Source: Patescibacteria group bacterium (lineage in GTDB: Bacteria > Patescibacteriota > Patescibacteriia > JACRDY01). Taken from it: DNA of 64,000 nt. The notes beneath the pieces are model-generated. The model searched no databases, was not told the DNA's origin, and worked only from the letters and a program-made list of their open reading frames with translations. The DNA is taken from positions 12,012-76,011 of the forward strand of contig JBAZFH010000005.1 in the NCBI GenBank assembly GCA_041653535.1, written 5' to 3'. The position numbers and the translations under genes are program-made. Below are positions 41,730 to 50,758 of this stretch, in pieces. How positions within the stretch are numbered: position 1 is the stretch's first letter; the number at the start of each line of letters is the position of its first letter.

Positions 41730-42947
41730 ATGTCCGATGACACCAAGAAAACCGACGGAATCACCAATGTCGCCGCTGCCACCGCACCGACCTATCCGCC
41801 CGCTTGGACGGAACGCGTCGGCAAGTTCGCCGACCTCGTCGGCAAGAAACTCGAAGACGTGACCACCGCCCTGGCCGATGTCGCCGGCGCCGCCGGTGAT
41901 GACGCCCTGGCCGTGCTCGCGGACGAAGCGAGCTCGCCTTTCGACGATCTCAAGAACGCTCTCGCGTCCCTGAAGATCCCGTCCGGCGTCCTGCGCAAAA
42001 ACGTCGCGATCCTGCGCGGTCCCAAACCCGAAGCTCCCGCCGCCACTCCCGCCGCCGGCCCGTCTTTCGACGTGCTGCCGAGCGTGCCCGGTGACGACGC
42101 CAGTTTTCTCGAGCTGCTGAAAGTCGGCGGCATCCTGAAGATCGGCTCGACCGAGGTCATCTCGGCGATGAAGGCCGCCTTGGCCAATCGCCTCGACATG
42201 TTCAAGCTGCCGAAGAAAATCATGGAAGCCATGGAACGCTTCGCCGAAGACCAGGAAGAACCCTGCGGCGAAAGCTACTACAAGCTCCAGGATCTCGTCA
42301 CCCGTCGCAGCTACGCGGAAGTTTTGTCCGCCCTGGGCGTCAAGGGTCACCTGGTCAGCGAGAGCCGCAAGAACGAGCTCCTCGGCAAGACCGACCTGCT
42401 CTGGCCGGCCCTGCAGAGCTTCCACGAACAGCTGATCAACTGGCAGACCGCCTGGACTCAGGGCGCCAATCCGACCATGATGTTCGCGGCGATCGCGTCC
42501 ATGGCCAGCGGCGGCAACTCGATGATGCCTCCGGGAATGATGCAGCCCCCCGACACCGCCGGTCTCCGCGACGCGGCCGAAGGCGTGATCAACAAGATCA
42601 ACAAGGTCTTCGCCGGTCACGGCATTCCGATCGCGCGAGCGCTCGCCTATGACGCCACGCAGATTCGTGCCCTTCTCGAAGAGCCGACGCTGCCGACGCA
42701 CATGGGCGTCGCCAACCGCGAACAGATGATCAAGATGCTGGGCGTGTCTGTTTCCGCAGATCTGCTCCGCCTCGAACGCAACGTCTGCCGCTACGCGCTG
42801 GCGGTCATGGAACTGCCCAAGATCCCGTCCGGTCAAAGCGAATACGGCTACCTCGGCGCCATGATCCAGCTCGGTATCCAGATCCCCTGGGACACGCTGC
42901 TTTCCGGCTCCAGCGCCACCGCTCGCCCGGGTCGCAAACCCTTCTAA
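41730..42947 (+). CDS. hypothetical Ala-rich protein (406 aa), first gene of the GC-rich island
   Basis: Strong GC3 codon bias in this frame and an AAGGAGAAAG SD. The antisense 516-aa ORF (41550..43100) is an artefact of high GC. Terminator at 42971-43005. Confidence 0.6.
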   Translation: MSDDTKKTDGITNVAAATAPTYPPAWTERVGKFADLVGKKLEDVTTALADVAGAAGDDALAVLADEASSPFDDLKNALASLKIPSGVLRKNVAILRGPKPEAPAATPAAGPSFDVLPSVPGDDASFLELLKVGGILKIGSTEVISAMKAALANRLDMFKLPKKIMEAMERFAEDQEEPCGESYYKLQDLVTRRSYAEVLSALGVKGHLVSESRKNELLGKTDLLWPALQSFHEQLINWQTAWTQGANPTMMFAAIASMASGGNSMMPPGMMQPPDTAGLRDAAEGVINKINKVFAGHGIPIARALAYDATQIRALLEEPTLPTHMGVANREQMIKMLGVSVSADLLRLERNVCRYALAVMELPKIPSGQSEYGYLGAMIQLGIQIPWDTLLSGSSATARPGRKPF

Positions 42948-43036
42948 TTCCACCAACCTCATCAACCTAAAGGGCAGGGAGCAATGCTCCTTGCCCTTTT
43001 TTTTCGACAACCGCACAACTAAAAAAGGAGATATTA

Positions 43037-44068
43037 ATGAGCGGAAACAACTATAGCGACTATCGTAGTCGCGGTATCGCCTATAGCGGCTTTGCCTCAA
43101 GCGATGAGCGCGAAAGGAAAAAAGCAGAAAAACTGCGCGCCGAACGCGTCGAGAAAGCCAAGGAGACGGTGCACGAAAAAAGCACCAAGGCGCGCCCCAA
43201 ACGTGAAGACAACGCCGTCTATGACGACAAGCTGGTGCGCCTTGGCATCACCAAACCGAAACCCGGCGTCAAACGCGTCTACGTCATCTATATCGACAAC
43301 AGCGGCTCCAACCGAGTCATCGCCGCCCATTTGCGGAAAAGCTCGGCCTGGCTGCTGTCTCTTCTGAAGATGCTCGACCCGGAAGCGCAAATCGCTTTCG
43401 TCTATTTTTCCGACCACACCGACGGCAGTCAGTTCACGCAGGAAGTCGATTTCGTCTCCCCCGACGAAGAGGGCGACAAGATCATGTTCTCGACGATTTC
43501 CCATATCAGCGCCGCCAACGGTTTCGATGTGCCGGAAGCGCACGAATGCGCGCTCAAAGCCGCTTGCGAGATCAACTTCGGCGGCGCGGTCGAAAAGCAT
43601 CTGATCATGATCAGCGACGTCGTTGGCCATGGCATGGGCATGCCCTTTGATGACGGTTGCCCGGCTCAGCAAAGCTGGAAAAAATCCGTCGAGCTGGTCG
43701 CCAAGACCTACGACACTTTCCATTTCATCGGCTGCGGCGACGATGCCGAGGTCTGTGAGTTGCAGCAGCAGTTCATCTCTGACCCGAAACGAGTCCCCTG
43801 GGATCTGATCGACCTGTCGATGGTCAAAGACGAGCAGCACCGCATGCGCATCACCGGCAACGCCATCATGTTCCTCATTGCCCGCCAACTCGGTCGGCAA
43901 GCCATGGAAATGTTCCTCGGCTTCCTCTACGAGAAATGGCTCGACGATCCGATTTTTGGCGAAGCTACCGACGCGCGCGCCCAGGAAATGATTCGACGCT
44001 TCACCAAATATCTGGAATGGCCGGAAACCGAAATCGAAGACATGCTCAAGAAAGTCTTCGTCCAATAA
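43037..44068 (+). CDS. von Willebrand factor A (vWA) domain protein, TerY-like
   Basis: MIDAS-like IYIDNSGSN (DxSxS) after a basic N-terminal region. AAAGGAG SD. Terminator at 44085-44122. Confidence 0.6.
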   Translation: MSGNNYSDYRSRGIAYSGFASSDERERKKAEKLRAERVEKAKETVHEKSTKARPKREDNAVYDDKLVRLGITKPKPGVKRVYVIYIDNSGSNRVIAAHLRKSSAWLLSLLKMLDPEAQIAFVYFSDHTDGSQFTQEVDFVSPDEEGDKIMFSTISHISAANGFDVPEAHECALKAACEINFGGAVEKHLIMISDVVGHGMGMPFDDGCPAQQSWKKSVELVAKTYDTFHFIGCGDDAEVCELQQQFISDPKRVPWDLIDLSMVKDEQHRMRITGNAIMFLIARQLGRQAMEMFLGFLYEKWLDDPIFGEATDARAQEMIRRFTKYLEWPETEIEDMLKKVFVQ

Positions 44069-44143
44069 TCCGTCATCAACACGTGGCTGCCCCGTCATCT
44101 GGCAGGGCAGCCATATTTTTTTCTCACAGAAAGGAGTTGGAAA

Positions 44144-46426
44144 ATGAGTGACCGCCAGTTGCTTACTCGACTCCTCGCTGCGACCAAAAAAGGTGGCGGA
44201 CTGGAGTCTTTGCGCGACGCGCTGGAACAAATTGTTTTTGCCGACGAAGCAGAAAAAAACCACGCCACCAAACTAGTGGCTGTCGCCCACCTTACTGCCT
44301 TTCACGCGCAACCGCAAGAACTGGTCCACGCCATCCCGCTGCTAGCAAAAATCAACGACTGGGAAACGCTGCAAACGATCCTAAAAATCGGTCACGACTA
44401 TGGTCGGCTCGACCTGGTACAAAGCATCGACCAAATTGGTCGGCAAAAAAATCTGCCGGCGTTACAAGTTACGGACTTTGCCGAGTGGATGCAAAATTTT
44501 TCCATCTACTGGATTGACCTGTGTTATGACAAAAAAAACAATCTGGTTTTTGTCGATCTGCAGTACGAAAAGATTCTACGGCAAACAATCGCCGAAAACT
44601 TTGAGCCGCCGCTTTTCTGGTCTAATGTACTACTGCAGCTGGACCTGCAAAAACATTTGTCCCCCGAAAGAAAAATAATCTTGGCCAAATTGGCCGCAGG
44701 GCAAAACCCCGTCTGCCGGCCATTCACCGAACATCGACAAAATGTCTATAAGCGATTTGGCGAGTATTGCGAAAACAACGACTTGGAAATTGTTAAAACT
44801 TTGCAAGTCGGTATCGAAAGCTCTCGTCGCTGCAGCTACGTTTATCTGGTTCGCGACACTGACGGTATCATGAAGGTCTACAAAGAAATTCTTGACTACC
44901 GCCGCGGTCCGTTGGCCGAAAGCTACGACAGCGAAGACGAACTCTATGAAACGATTGGTCAAAACGATTTTCTGCCGGCGTACCTTGCCACGGTAATCGT
45001 CGATAAAGATTTACGCTTTGCCAAATTGGAATTCCAGTACGCTCAAAGTCTGGCTGACTATCTGCGCGACGGCGAACCGCTGGAAAAAAATCTGGCGATC
45101 CGCATCATGCTGCAGCTAGCCAAAAACCTGAAACGACTCCATCGGCGCAATATCATTTTCCTGGATCTCAAACCGGAAAACGTGGCGCTGACGGATCAAG
45201 ACGTTAAGCTTTTTGACCTGGGTGTTTCCCGCCAAATTAAATCGACGGATAAAATCAACGCTTTTCTCGCCGATCCGCGCTATGGCACGCCAGAAACCGG
45301 TCTGGAACTAACAGCGTCTACCGCTTCGGACGTGTTCCAGCTGGGAATAATTTTCCACCAACTGTTGACCGGTTATCACCCGTTTGCTTTTGAAGGAACG
45401 ACCGACAATCGGGAAGAACAAATCTTGCGCTACTTCTGGCCAACAGTGGTTCTTCCCTACGAGCACGATCTGGCAGTAAAACTACGAGACGATCGGCTGA
45501 AAATCATCAACGCGATGTTGGACAAAAATCCGGCGCTGCGCCCCGGTCTTGAACAAATAATCGCAACGCTAGAAGAAGGAGAACAAACCGCCGTCACAAC
45601 CCAAGCAGCACAGAGAAAAGACACCAGACTAGAAGAAAACAATACAGTGCTTTTCCCGGCACGCATGGGTATTCCCCATAAAGGACACATCGAGTACATC
45701 TCACGGCTGTTGCAACTAGGATTTCACGTTACGATTTCCTTGCAGCGCAGCTACACTATCACTGACCGCGATCCGTTACCTAAATGGCTAGTAGCCAAAA
45801 TGGTAGCTAGATCCCTACTCGATCGTGGATTTACACCCGATGACTTCGATTTTATTTTCACACCGCTGTACAAAGAACGTCGAGAGATGGAAATCCATTT
45901 TGCGATGCTGCCGTCGGCGGAAAATATTGTCGCTGTTGCTTCTAGCAATCTGAGCGTCCACGATCTTTTTTCGCGATACGCCATCTTTGATCAAAAAACG
46001 GTCTTTGGTAGCGCTGGCGAGGAATTCGAAGATCGTTCGTGGGGAGAGATCATTCGCGGAGCAGTAAAAAACAACGACTACCAAAAATTTTCCGAGTATG
46101 CGGCCAGCGGCGTAGAAAAAATCTTGCCGTTGGACCAAATCCGAAAAATCTACGGCAGTCCAAATATCGAATTCGTCAGCGGATCAGTCAATCTGGTTTT
46201 GCTCGACGAAAACGACCAAGAAATCGCTTCCGGAAGAGCTTTCCGTTTCGTTGGACCAGAAATAAGTCTGCTGCGCCATTTAGTGCGTGCTGGACATGAG
46301 GTCGAGTTAATCGATCCTTACGCCAATGACACGCTCGTCAAAATCGACGGACAGACCAAACATCTGAAATACCTCCGGACCGAATTTTCGGCCGGAAATG
46401 AATTCATTTATTTCCAAAGCGTCTAG
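44144..46426 (+). CDS. multidomain protein: N-terminal unknown domain + Hanks-type Ser/Thr protein kinase domain + C-terminal HxGH nucleotidyltransferase (cytidylyltransferase-like) domain
   Basis: Kinase catalytic loop IIFLDLKPENVAL, DLG (KLFDLGVS), GTPE. C-terminus FPARMGIPHKGHIEYI is the (T/H)xGH nucleotidyltransferase signature. Confidence 0.65.
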   Translation: MSDRQLLTRLLAATKKGGGLESLRDALEQIVFADEAEKNHATKLVAVAHLTAFHAQPQELVHAIPLLAKINDWETLQTILKIGHDYGRLDLVQSIDQIGRQKNLPALQVTDFAEWMQNFSIYWIDLCYDKKNNLVFVDLQYEKILRQTIAENFEPPLFWSNVLLQLDLQKHLSPERKIILAKLAAGQNPVCRPFTEHRQNVYKRFGEYCENNDLEIVKTLQVGIESSRRCSYVYLVRDTDGIMKVYKEILDYRRGPLAESYDSEDELYETIGQNDFLPAYLATVIVDKDLRFAKLEFQYAQSLADYLRDGEPLEKNLAIRIMLQLAKNLKRLHRRNIIFLDLKPENVALTDQDVKLFDLGVSRQIKSTDKINAFLADPRYGTPETGLELTASTASDVFQLGIIFHQLLTGYHPFAFEGTTDNREEQILRYFWPTVVLPYEHDLAVKLRDDRLKIINAMLDKNPALRPGLEQIIATLEEGEQTAVTTQAAQRKDTRLEENNTVLFPARMGIPHKGHIEYISRLLQLGFHVTISLQRSYTITDRDPLPKWLVAKMVARSLLDRGFTPDDFDFIFTPLYKERREMEIHFAMLPSAENIVAVASSNLSVHDLFSRYAIFDQKTVFGSAGEEFEDRSWGEIIRGAVKNNDYQKFSEYAASGVEKILPLDQIRKIYGSPNIEFVSGSVNLVLLDENDQEIASGRAFRFVGPEISLLRHLVRAGHEVELIDPYANDTLVKIDGQTKHLKYLRTEFSAGNEFIYFQSV

Positions 46427-46483
46427 AACAAAAACTAGGCGCTTTTTTATTTAAACAGCTTAGTGCACAGTGCTTAAATAGAT

Positions 46484-46690
46484 TGGCGGGGGTTCAGGGG
46501 CGGAAGCCGCGCCGAGCCCCGCCCCGTTTCGGTAATTATGGTCTGCAGGGGCGGGGCGGGGTAAGGGAACCTTAAGGTGATAAGGACAAGCGCTTGCTTC
46601 CAGCCCCCGGAACTTTTTGCTTACTTTTTGGTTACAAAAAGTAAGTGCCCGCCCCTGCCTACCGGCAGGCAGGCGGCATGAGGGCAAGCC
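46484..46690 (+). repeat. GC-rich roughly 210-bp structured element, copy 1 of 2 (about 90% identical to 57572-57775)
   Basis: Contains the conserved hairpins cttactttttgg-ttac-aaaaagtaag and cctgcc-NNNN-ggcagg, and the ggggcggggcgggg tract. Confidence 0.8.
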
Positions 46691-46844
46691 ATGAGTTAAT
46701 TTTATATTACAACCAAATATAAACTACTTGGCAAATCATTTAAAAAACTACACTAAGTGACTAAAATGCTTGACTATTTAGCTGTTTTTGATAAGATATA
46801 ATGTCTAGAATTTTGACAATACAAAAAAATCAAAGGAGACAAAA

Positions 46845-47468
46845 ATGGGTACTACTTTGACCATAGATTATCCCAATGGACTCAAAAATATTCTGACGGC
46901 AATGACTTACTACAGCAAACCGGCGTTGATCGCTATTGCCGGATGTAGCTGCAGCGGAAAAAGCTTTCTCGCTAAAGCTTTGAACGAAGCGTCTCCCGCA
47001 ACAATACTGCCGTTGGATAATTTTTTCCGTGATATTGACGATCCTGCGCTACCGCGCGATAAAAACAACAGACATCTTTTCGAAGCTCCTGAATCCTATT
47101 GGAAAGATCAGTACTTAGCTGCAGCGGTGGCTTTACTGACCGGCAAAACAGTTATTCTGCCAACTTACGATCTGGCAACTAACAAAAGATTGCCTACGAC
47201 CGGACAAACAGTGTCGCCGAACACAACTATTGTCGCAGAAGGACTCTACGCTATCACTTTTTTGTCCGCGCTGTCCGCGCCAGTACTCAAAGTCTTTCTG
47301 GATACCGATCTGGAAATCTGCCTGAATCGACGCATCGCGCGCGATGTGCCGAGATGGAACATCACCGCGGAAAAAGTACGAGAAATATTTTTTGCCAAAG
47401 TGCTTCCCTATTATCAAATGTTCATTGCTAAACAAAAAAGTTTGGCTGATATAGTCATCAAAGAATAA
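46845..47468 (+). CDS. P-loop nucleoside/nucleotide kinase, uridine kinase/phosphoribulokinase (PRK) family-like
   Basis: Walker A IAIAGCSCSGKSFLAKAL. PLDNFF, ILPTYDLATNKR, IVAEGLYAI and DTDLEICLNRRIARD parallel Udk motifs. Confidence 0.65.
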   Translation: MGTTLTIDYPNGLKNILTAMTYYSKPALIAIAGCSCSGKSFLAKALNEASPATILPLDNFFRDIDDPALPRDKNNRHLFEAPESYWKDQYLAAAVALLTGKTVILPTYDLATNKRLPTTGQTVSPNTTIVAEGLYAITFLSALSAPVLKVFLDTDLEICLNRRIARDVPRWNITAEKVREIFFAKVLPYYQMFIAKQKSLADIVIKE

Positions 47469-47489
47469 ATAAAGAAAGGAGACCCCCGC

Positions 47490-48602
47490 ATGGACATTGA
47501 CCTGCAAAGGGTATACGACATTATTTTTGGCTCGGTGCGAGCTGAAGACGTATTTGGCGATCTTATTGATCGTCAAAACAAAACGTCCAAAGAACAGTTG
47601 TTGGAAGCCGTTTACGCCGACCTGGCCGCAATCGTTGATCCAAAAAAGTACACCTATCCGGATGACCGAGAATTTGCCGCTGATGCCCAGTTCAAACTGA
47701 AAACTTTCTACGAGAAAGCCAAGGAAAAACTGGCCAGCGGATTCTATGGCGCGACCGCCAATCCCAGTATCCATGTCTCTCGCGGACGACCAGCTTTTGC
47801 AACCGAAAAAAGATCGTACTACCTTGGTCAACCAATCGCCGAAGGCGACATAGCCACCATTTATGTTGGCGACTGCGTCATGGGCGATGACTTTGCTGGC
47901 CGCGTGGCGATTAAAATCGTCAACGATCCGGCTGACAACGACCTGGCCCGCAACGAGATCCGGGCTCTGACCGAGCTGCACTCCAAAAAAGGCGCTCAAC
48001 GCAAACATCTGCCGATACTGCTCGACAATTTTTTGACTGAAGACGACCAAGTTGGTTTGGTGTTTCGATTCTTAGACGATAGCTACGATCTGCTGGCCGT
48101 TAAGGAAAAATATCCTCGCGGCGTTGATCGCAAGCATATGGTCTGGATGCTCAACCGGCTACTGTCTGCTGCTGGCTATGCCCACAACTGGGGCATGGTC
48201 CACGCTAACATCGAGCCGAGCAACCTGATGGTTCGTCCACAAAACCACAATCTGTTCATGATCGACTGGACCAGTGCGGTGATCCGACCGGCCGAAACCG
48301 GCGACACTTTCAAAGTCTACAACCCTGAATTTAGCGCGCCGGAAGTCAAAGAAGGAGGTCCTGCAACACCAGCTTCGGACTTATATTCGATTGGCAAGTG
48401 CATGATCTATATCCTCGGCGGCAATGTCGAAGACAATACCATGCCCGACACAGTCGAAGAAGAACTCCAACGCTTTATCCATTTCCTGGTTTTGGAAAGT
48501 CAGGGTGGACGAGCGCAAGATGCCTGGAAAATGCATCATAAACTCATCTCTTTAGTCGAAGGACTTTGGGGACCAAGAAAATTTCTGGTCTTCAGCATGT
48601 AA
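47490..48602 (+). CDS. protein-kinase-like protein with degenerate catalytic loop (HAN in place of HRD)
   Basis: VAIK present (RVAIKIV). HANIEPSNLMV replaces HRDLKPEN. DWT replaces DFG. SAPE and DLYSIGKCMIY are conserved. Confidence 0.55.
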   Translation: MDIDLQRVYDIIFGSVRAEDVFGDLIDRQNKTSKEQLLEAVYADLAAIVDPKKYTYPDDREFAADAQFKLKTFYEKAKEKLASGFYGATANPSIHVSRGRPAFATEKRSYYLGQPIAEGDIATIYVGDCVMGDDFAGRVAIKIVNDPADNDLARNEIRALTELHSKKGAQRKHLPILLDNFLTEDDQVGLVFRFLDDSYDLLAVKEKYPRGVDRKHMVWMLNRLLSAAGYAHNWGMVHANIEPSNLMVRPQNHNLFMIDWTSAVIRPAETGDTFKVYNPEFSAPEVKEGGPATPASDLYSIGKCMIYILGGNVEDNTMPDTVEEELQRFIHFLVLESQGGRAQDAWKMHHKLISLVEGLWGPRKFLVFSM

Positions 48603-48638
48603 CCAAAAACCACCAGACAAACAAAAAGGAGAAGTATC

Positions 48639-50117
48639 ATGGGTGGAGGCGGTGATCATTATGAACGCGACGTAGACATGAATGCGCGCCGACGGCAGGT
48701 CGAACAACATTTCGAGCAAGTAACCAAACCCAAGCCGCCGGAAGAACGCAAAGTCGCGGCAACTCTTGATCCCAAAAAGATCGAAAAGTTGGTCAGCGAC
48801 GACAGCGAAGAATACCCCGAAACAACTTCAATCGCCGTGATTATGGATCTGACCAGATCGCGCGGCAAGGACCTGATCGACATCTTGACCAAGATGCCGC
48901 TGCTGATGGGTCAAGTCATGCTGGAAGGCTACGTGCGTAATCCGGCCATCAGTTTTTGCGGTGTTGGCGACGCCACTGACGGCGACGCCGCTCCTCTGCA
49001 AGTCGGTCAGTTTGAAACCGACGACCTGATCGACAGAGTCTTGCAAGCGATGTGGCCCGAAGGTGGCGGTGGTGGCAGCGGGCAAGAATCCTACCAGCTG
49101 GCGGCGTACATGTACGCCATCAAAGCCGAGCTCGCTTCGCTCAAAAAGCGCAACCAGAAAGGCTACCTTTTTATAATCGGTGATGAGGGTTTCTACCCGA
49201 AAGTTTCGAAAGACGAAGTTAAACGCGTCATCGGCGCCTCCATTCCCAAAGACATTCCTTCGGCGGAAATTTTCCGACTGCTCCAAGAAAAATTCAACGT
49301 CTTCTTTATCTACCCGGCCAAGTCCTGGGAGGAACGCAAAGAAGACATCGACGAAGAAATCGCCGCCCGTGTCCGCAAGGCCGGCGGTATGATCGAAGGT
49401 GTCGATATACGATTCTCGCTAGCCTGGTCCAATCGCAACGATCTGGATTTGCACGTCATCGATCCCGACGGCTTCGAGATCTACTACGGCAGCAAGGTTT
49501 CCCGCAGCGGCGGCATGCTCGATGTCGACATGAACGTCCACGGCGAGACCACCAAGCCAGTCGAAAACACCCGCTGGGCCAAAGGCAAAGCGCCCAAAGG
49601 CACGTATCGAGTCTTTGTCCGAAACTACGGCTTCCACGAAAACACCCGCGCCGCTACGCCATTCCGAGTCGAAATCGAAATCGGCGGTGAGGTAGAGCAC
49701 TTCGAAGGCAAGACTCCGGCCAACTCCTCCGGTGCAGGTAGTGATGTCGAGGTCGGAACCTTTACCTTCGATCCCCAGAAGGTCAGAGCAAAAGACGGCG
49801 ATGAAAAATACGCCGGCTACAGAGACAATGTTGTGTTGACTCAGTGGGGCAGCGTGATCCCGCAGGAAAACATTCTGCGGTTAAAAAACCCCAAAGCCAT
49901 CGTCGACGCGATGCTCGGCGTACTGGCTATTTGCAGCGGTAGCCGCACGTTGCCGGCCTACCTGCAAGACATGAAAAACCGCGGTCAGACAGTCACGCGA
50001 ATCAAAGAAATTGAAACTTCGCTTGACGGACTGGCTCAAGTCGCGAACACACCGAAAGTGACAATCCGCAGCACCGGCGGCGGCAAGACTCGCAAGAGCG
50101 GCGCTACCCGAATCTAG
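48639..50117 (+). CDS. vWA domain protein with Gly-rich linker and C-terminal beta-rich domain of unknown function
   Basis: MIDAS-like AVIMDLTRSRG (DxTxS). GGGGGSG linker. C-terminal ...LHVIDPDGFEIYYG...MLDVDMNVHG.... Confidence 0.6.
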   Translation: MGGGGDHYERDVDMNARRRQVEQHFEQVTKPKPPEERKVAATLDPKKIEKLVSDDSEEYPETTSIAVIMDLTRSRGKDLIDILTKMPLLMGQVMLEGYVRNPAISFCGVGDATDGDAAPLQVGQFETDDLIDRVLQAMWPEGGGGGSGQESYQLAAYMYAIKAELASLKKRNQKGYLFIIGDEGFYPKVSKDEVKRVIGASIPKDIPSAEIFRLLQEKFNVFFIYPAKSWEERKEDIDEEIAARVRKAGGMIEGVDIRFSLAWSNRNDLDLHVIDPDGFEIYYGSKVSRSGGMLDVDMNVHGETTKPVENTRWAKGKAPKGTYRVFVRNYGFHENTRAATPFRVEIEIGGEVEHFEGKTPANSSGAGSDVEVGTFTFDPQKVRAKDGDEKYAGYRDNVVLTQWGSVIPQENILRLKNPKAIVDAMLGVLAICSGSRTLPAYLQDMKNRGQTVTRIKEIETSLDGLAQVANTPKVTIRSTGGGKTRKSGATRI

Positions 50118-50132
50118 CTCTATTTAACCATC

Positions 50133-50170
50133 CAACCAAACCCCGTATCGTCTAGGTACGGGGTTTTTCT
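50133..50170 (+). terminator. Rho-independent terminator (ccccgtatcgtctaggtacgggg + T5)
   Basis: Hairpin plus T-run. Its 5' flank caaccaaacccc and ctagg loop resemble the terminator at 53146-53180. Confidence 0.6.
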
Positions 50171-50186
50171 TTTTTCAGTAAATAGG

Positions 50187-50212
50187 ACAGGATACAGGAG
50201 ACAGGATACAGT
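50187..50212. repeat. (ACAGGAK)n heptamer repeat, 3.5 units
   Basis: gacaggatacaggagacaggatacag. Confidence 0.75.
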
Positions 50213-50219
50213 GCCGCTA

Positions 50220-50585
50220 TTATGACTTTAATTTTCTTATAGAACCGCTTAGTAACTTTTTAGTTAAAACTGTTTGATCAGCAATCTTAGTAAAGCAAAC
50301 ACCACCTATATAACCCAAGTCTTGTGCTATCAAAAGCTGACTTTGCACCTCGACTAAGGAGCCGAAAGCAATGGAATAAAAATTAATTTTTTCCGGCTTG
50401 GACCTACGGGCAAAACCTTCAGCTATATTAGAAGAGACTGATACAGATGCGCGTCTAATCTGACTACTTAAACCAAACCTCTCGTCTTCCGAAAAACCCT
50501 TTGAAGCCTTATAAACTAACAAAACAAGCTTATGAGATTCCTGCCATGACTTCATCTGAAAAAATGACTTTATTATTTCTGTCAT
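50220..50585 (-). CDS. four-helix-bundle protein (23S rRNA intervening-sequence protein / Avd-like family)
   Basis: SWQESHKLVLLVYKASKGFSEDERFGLSSQIRRASVSVSSNIAEGFARRS...FYSIAFGSLVEVQSQLLIAQDLGYI matches the TIGR02436/PF05635 pattern. AT-rich, unlike the flanking island genes. Confidence 0.75.
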   Translation of the reverse strand: MTEIIKSFFQMKSWQESHKLVLLVYKASKGFSEDERFGLSSQIRRASVSVSSNIAEGFARRSKPEKINFYSIAFGSLVEVQSQLLIAQDLGYIGGVCFTKIADQTVLTKKLLSGSIRKLKS

Positions 50586-50650
50586 ATTGTTTTTATCGTT
50601 TATCCAGATAATACCAAAATCAATATTAAATCTTTCTAAAATCTCCCCGG

Positions 50651-50677
50651 CCTCCTGTCTCCCGCCTCCTGTCTCCT
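50651..50677. repeat. (CTCCTGT)-type heptamer repeat, 3 units, inverted relative to 50187-50212
   Basis: cctcctgtctcccgcctcctgtctcct. Confidence 0.7.
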
Positions 50678-50758
50678 ATATATTGACTTTTTCCCTTTTC
50701 ATTGCTAAATTAACATGTCGAACCTTTACAATAAAACAGTCAAAAAGGAGATGTACCC

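Noticed and set aside
41550-43100. 516-aa minus-strand ORF spanning the start of the GC-rich island
   Set aside because: Antisense to two plus-strand genes that carry strong GC3 codon bias, SDs and terminators. Long antisense ORFs are expected in 60% GC DNA. No SD.
43097-44263. 388-aa minus-strand ORF, plus other 60-150-aa ORFs inside the island (e.g. 41792..42232, 44630..44962, 45815..46138, 47133..48050, 48828..49286)
   Set aside because: All antisense or out of frame relative to the motif-bearing plus-strand genes. High GC suppresses stop codons.
46460-46687. 75-aa and 77-aa minus-strand ORFs (the second at 57565..57798) with similar translations
   Set aside because: The similarity is a by-product of the about 90% identical GC-rich DNA element. 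No SD. Hairpin-rich sequence.
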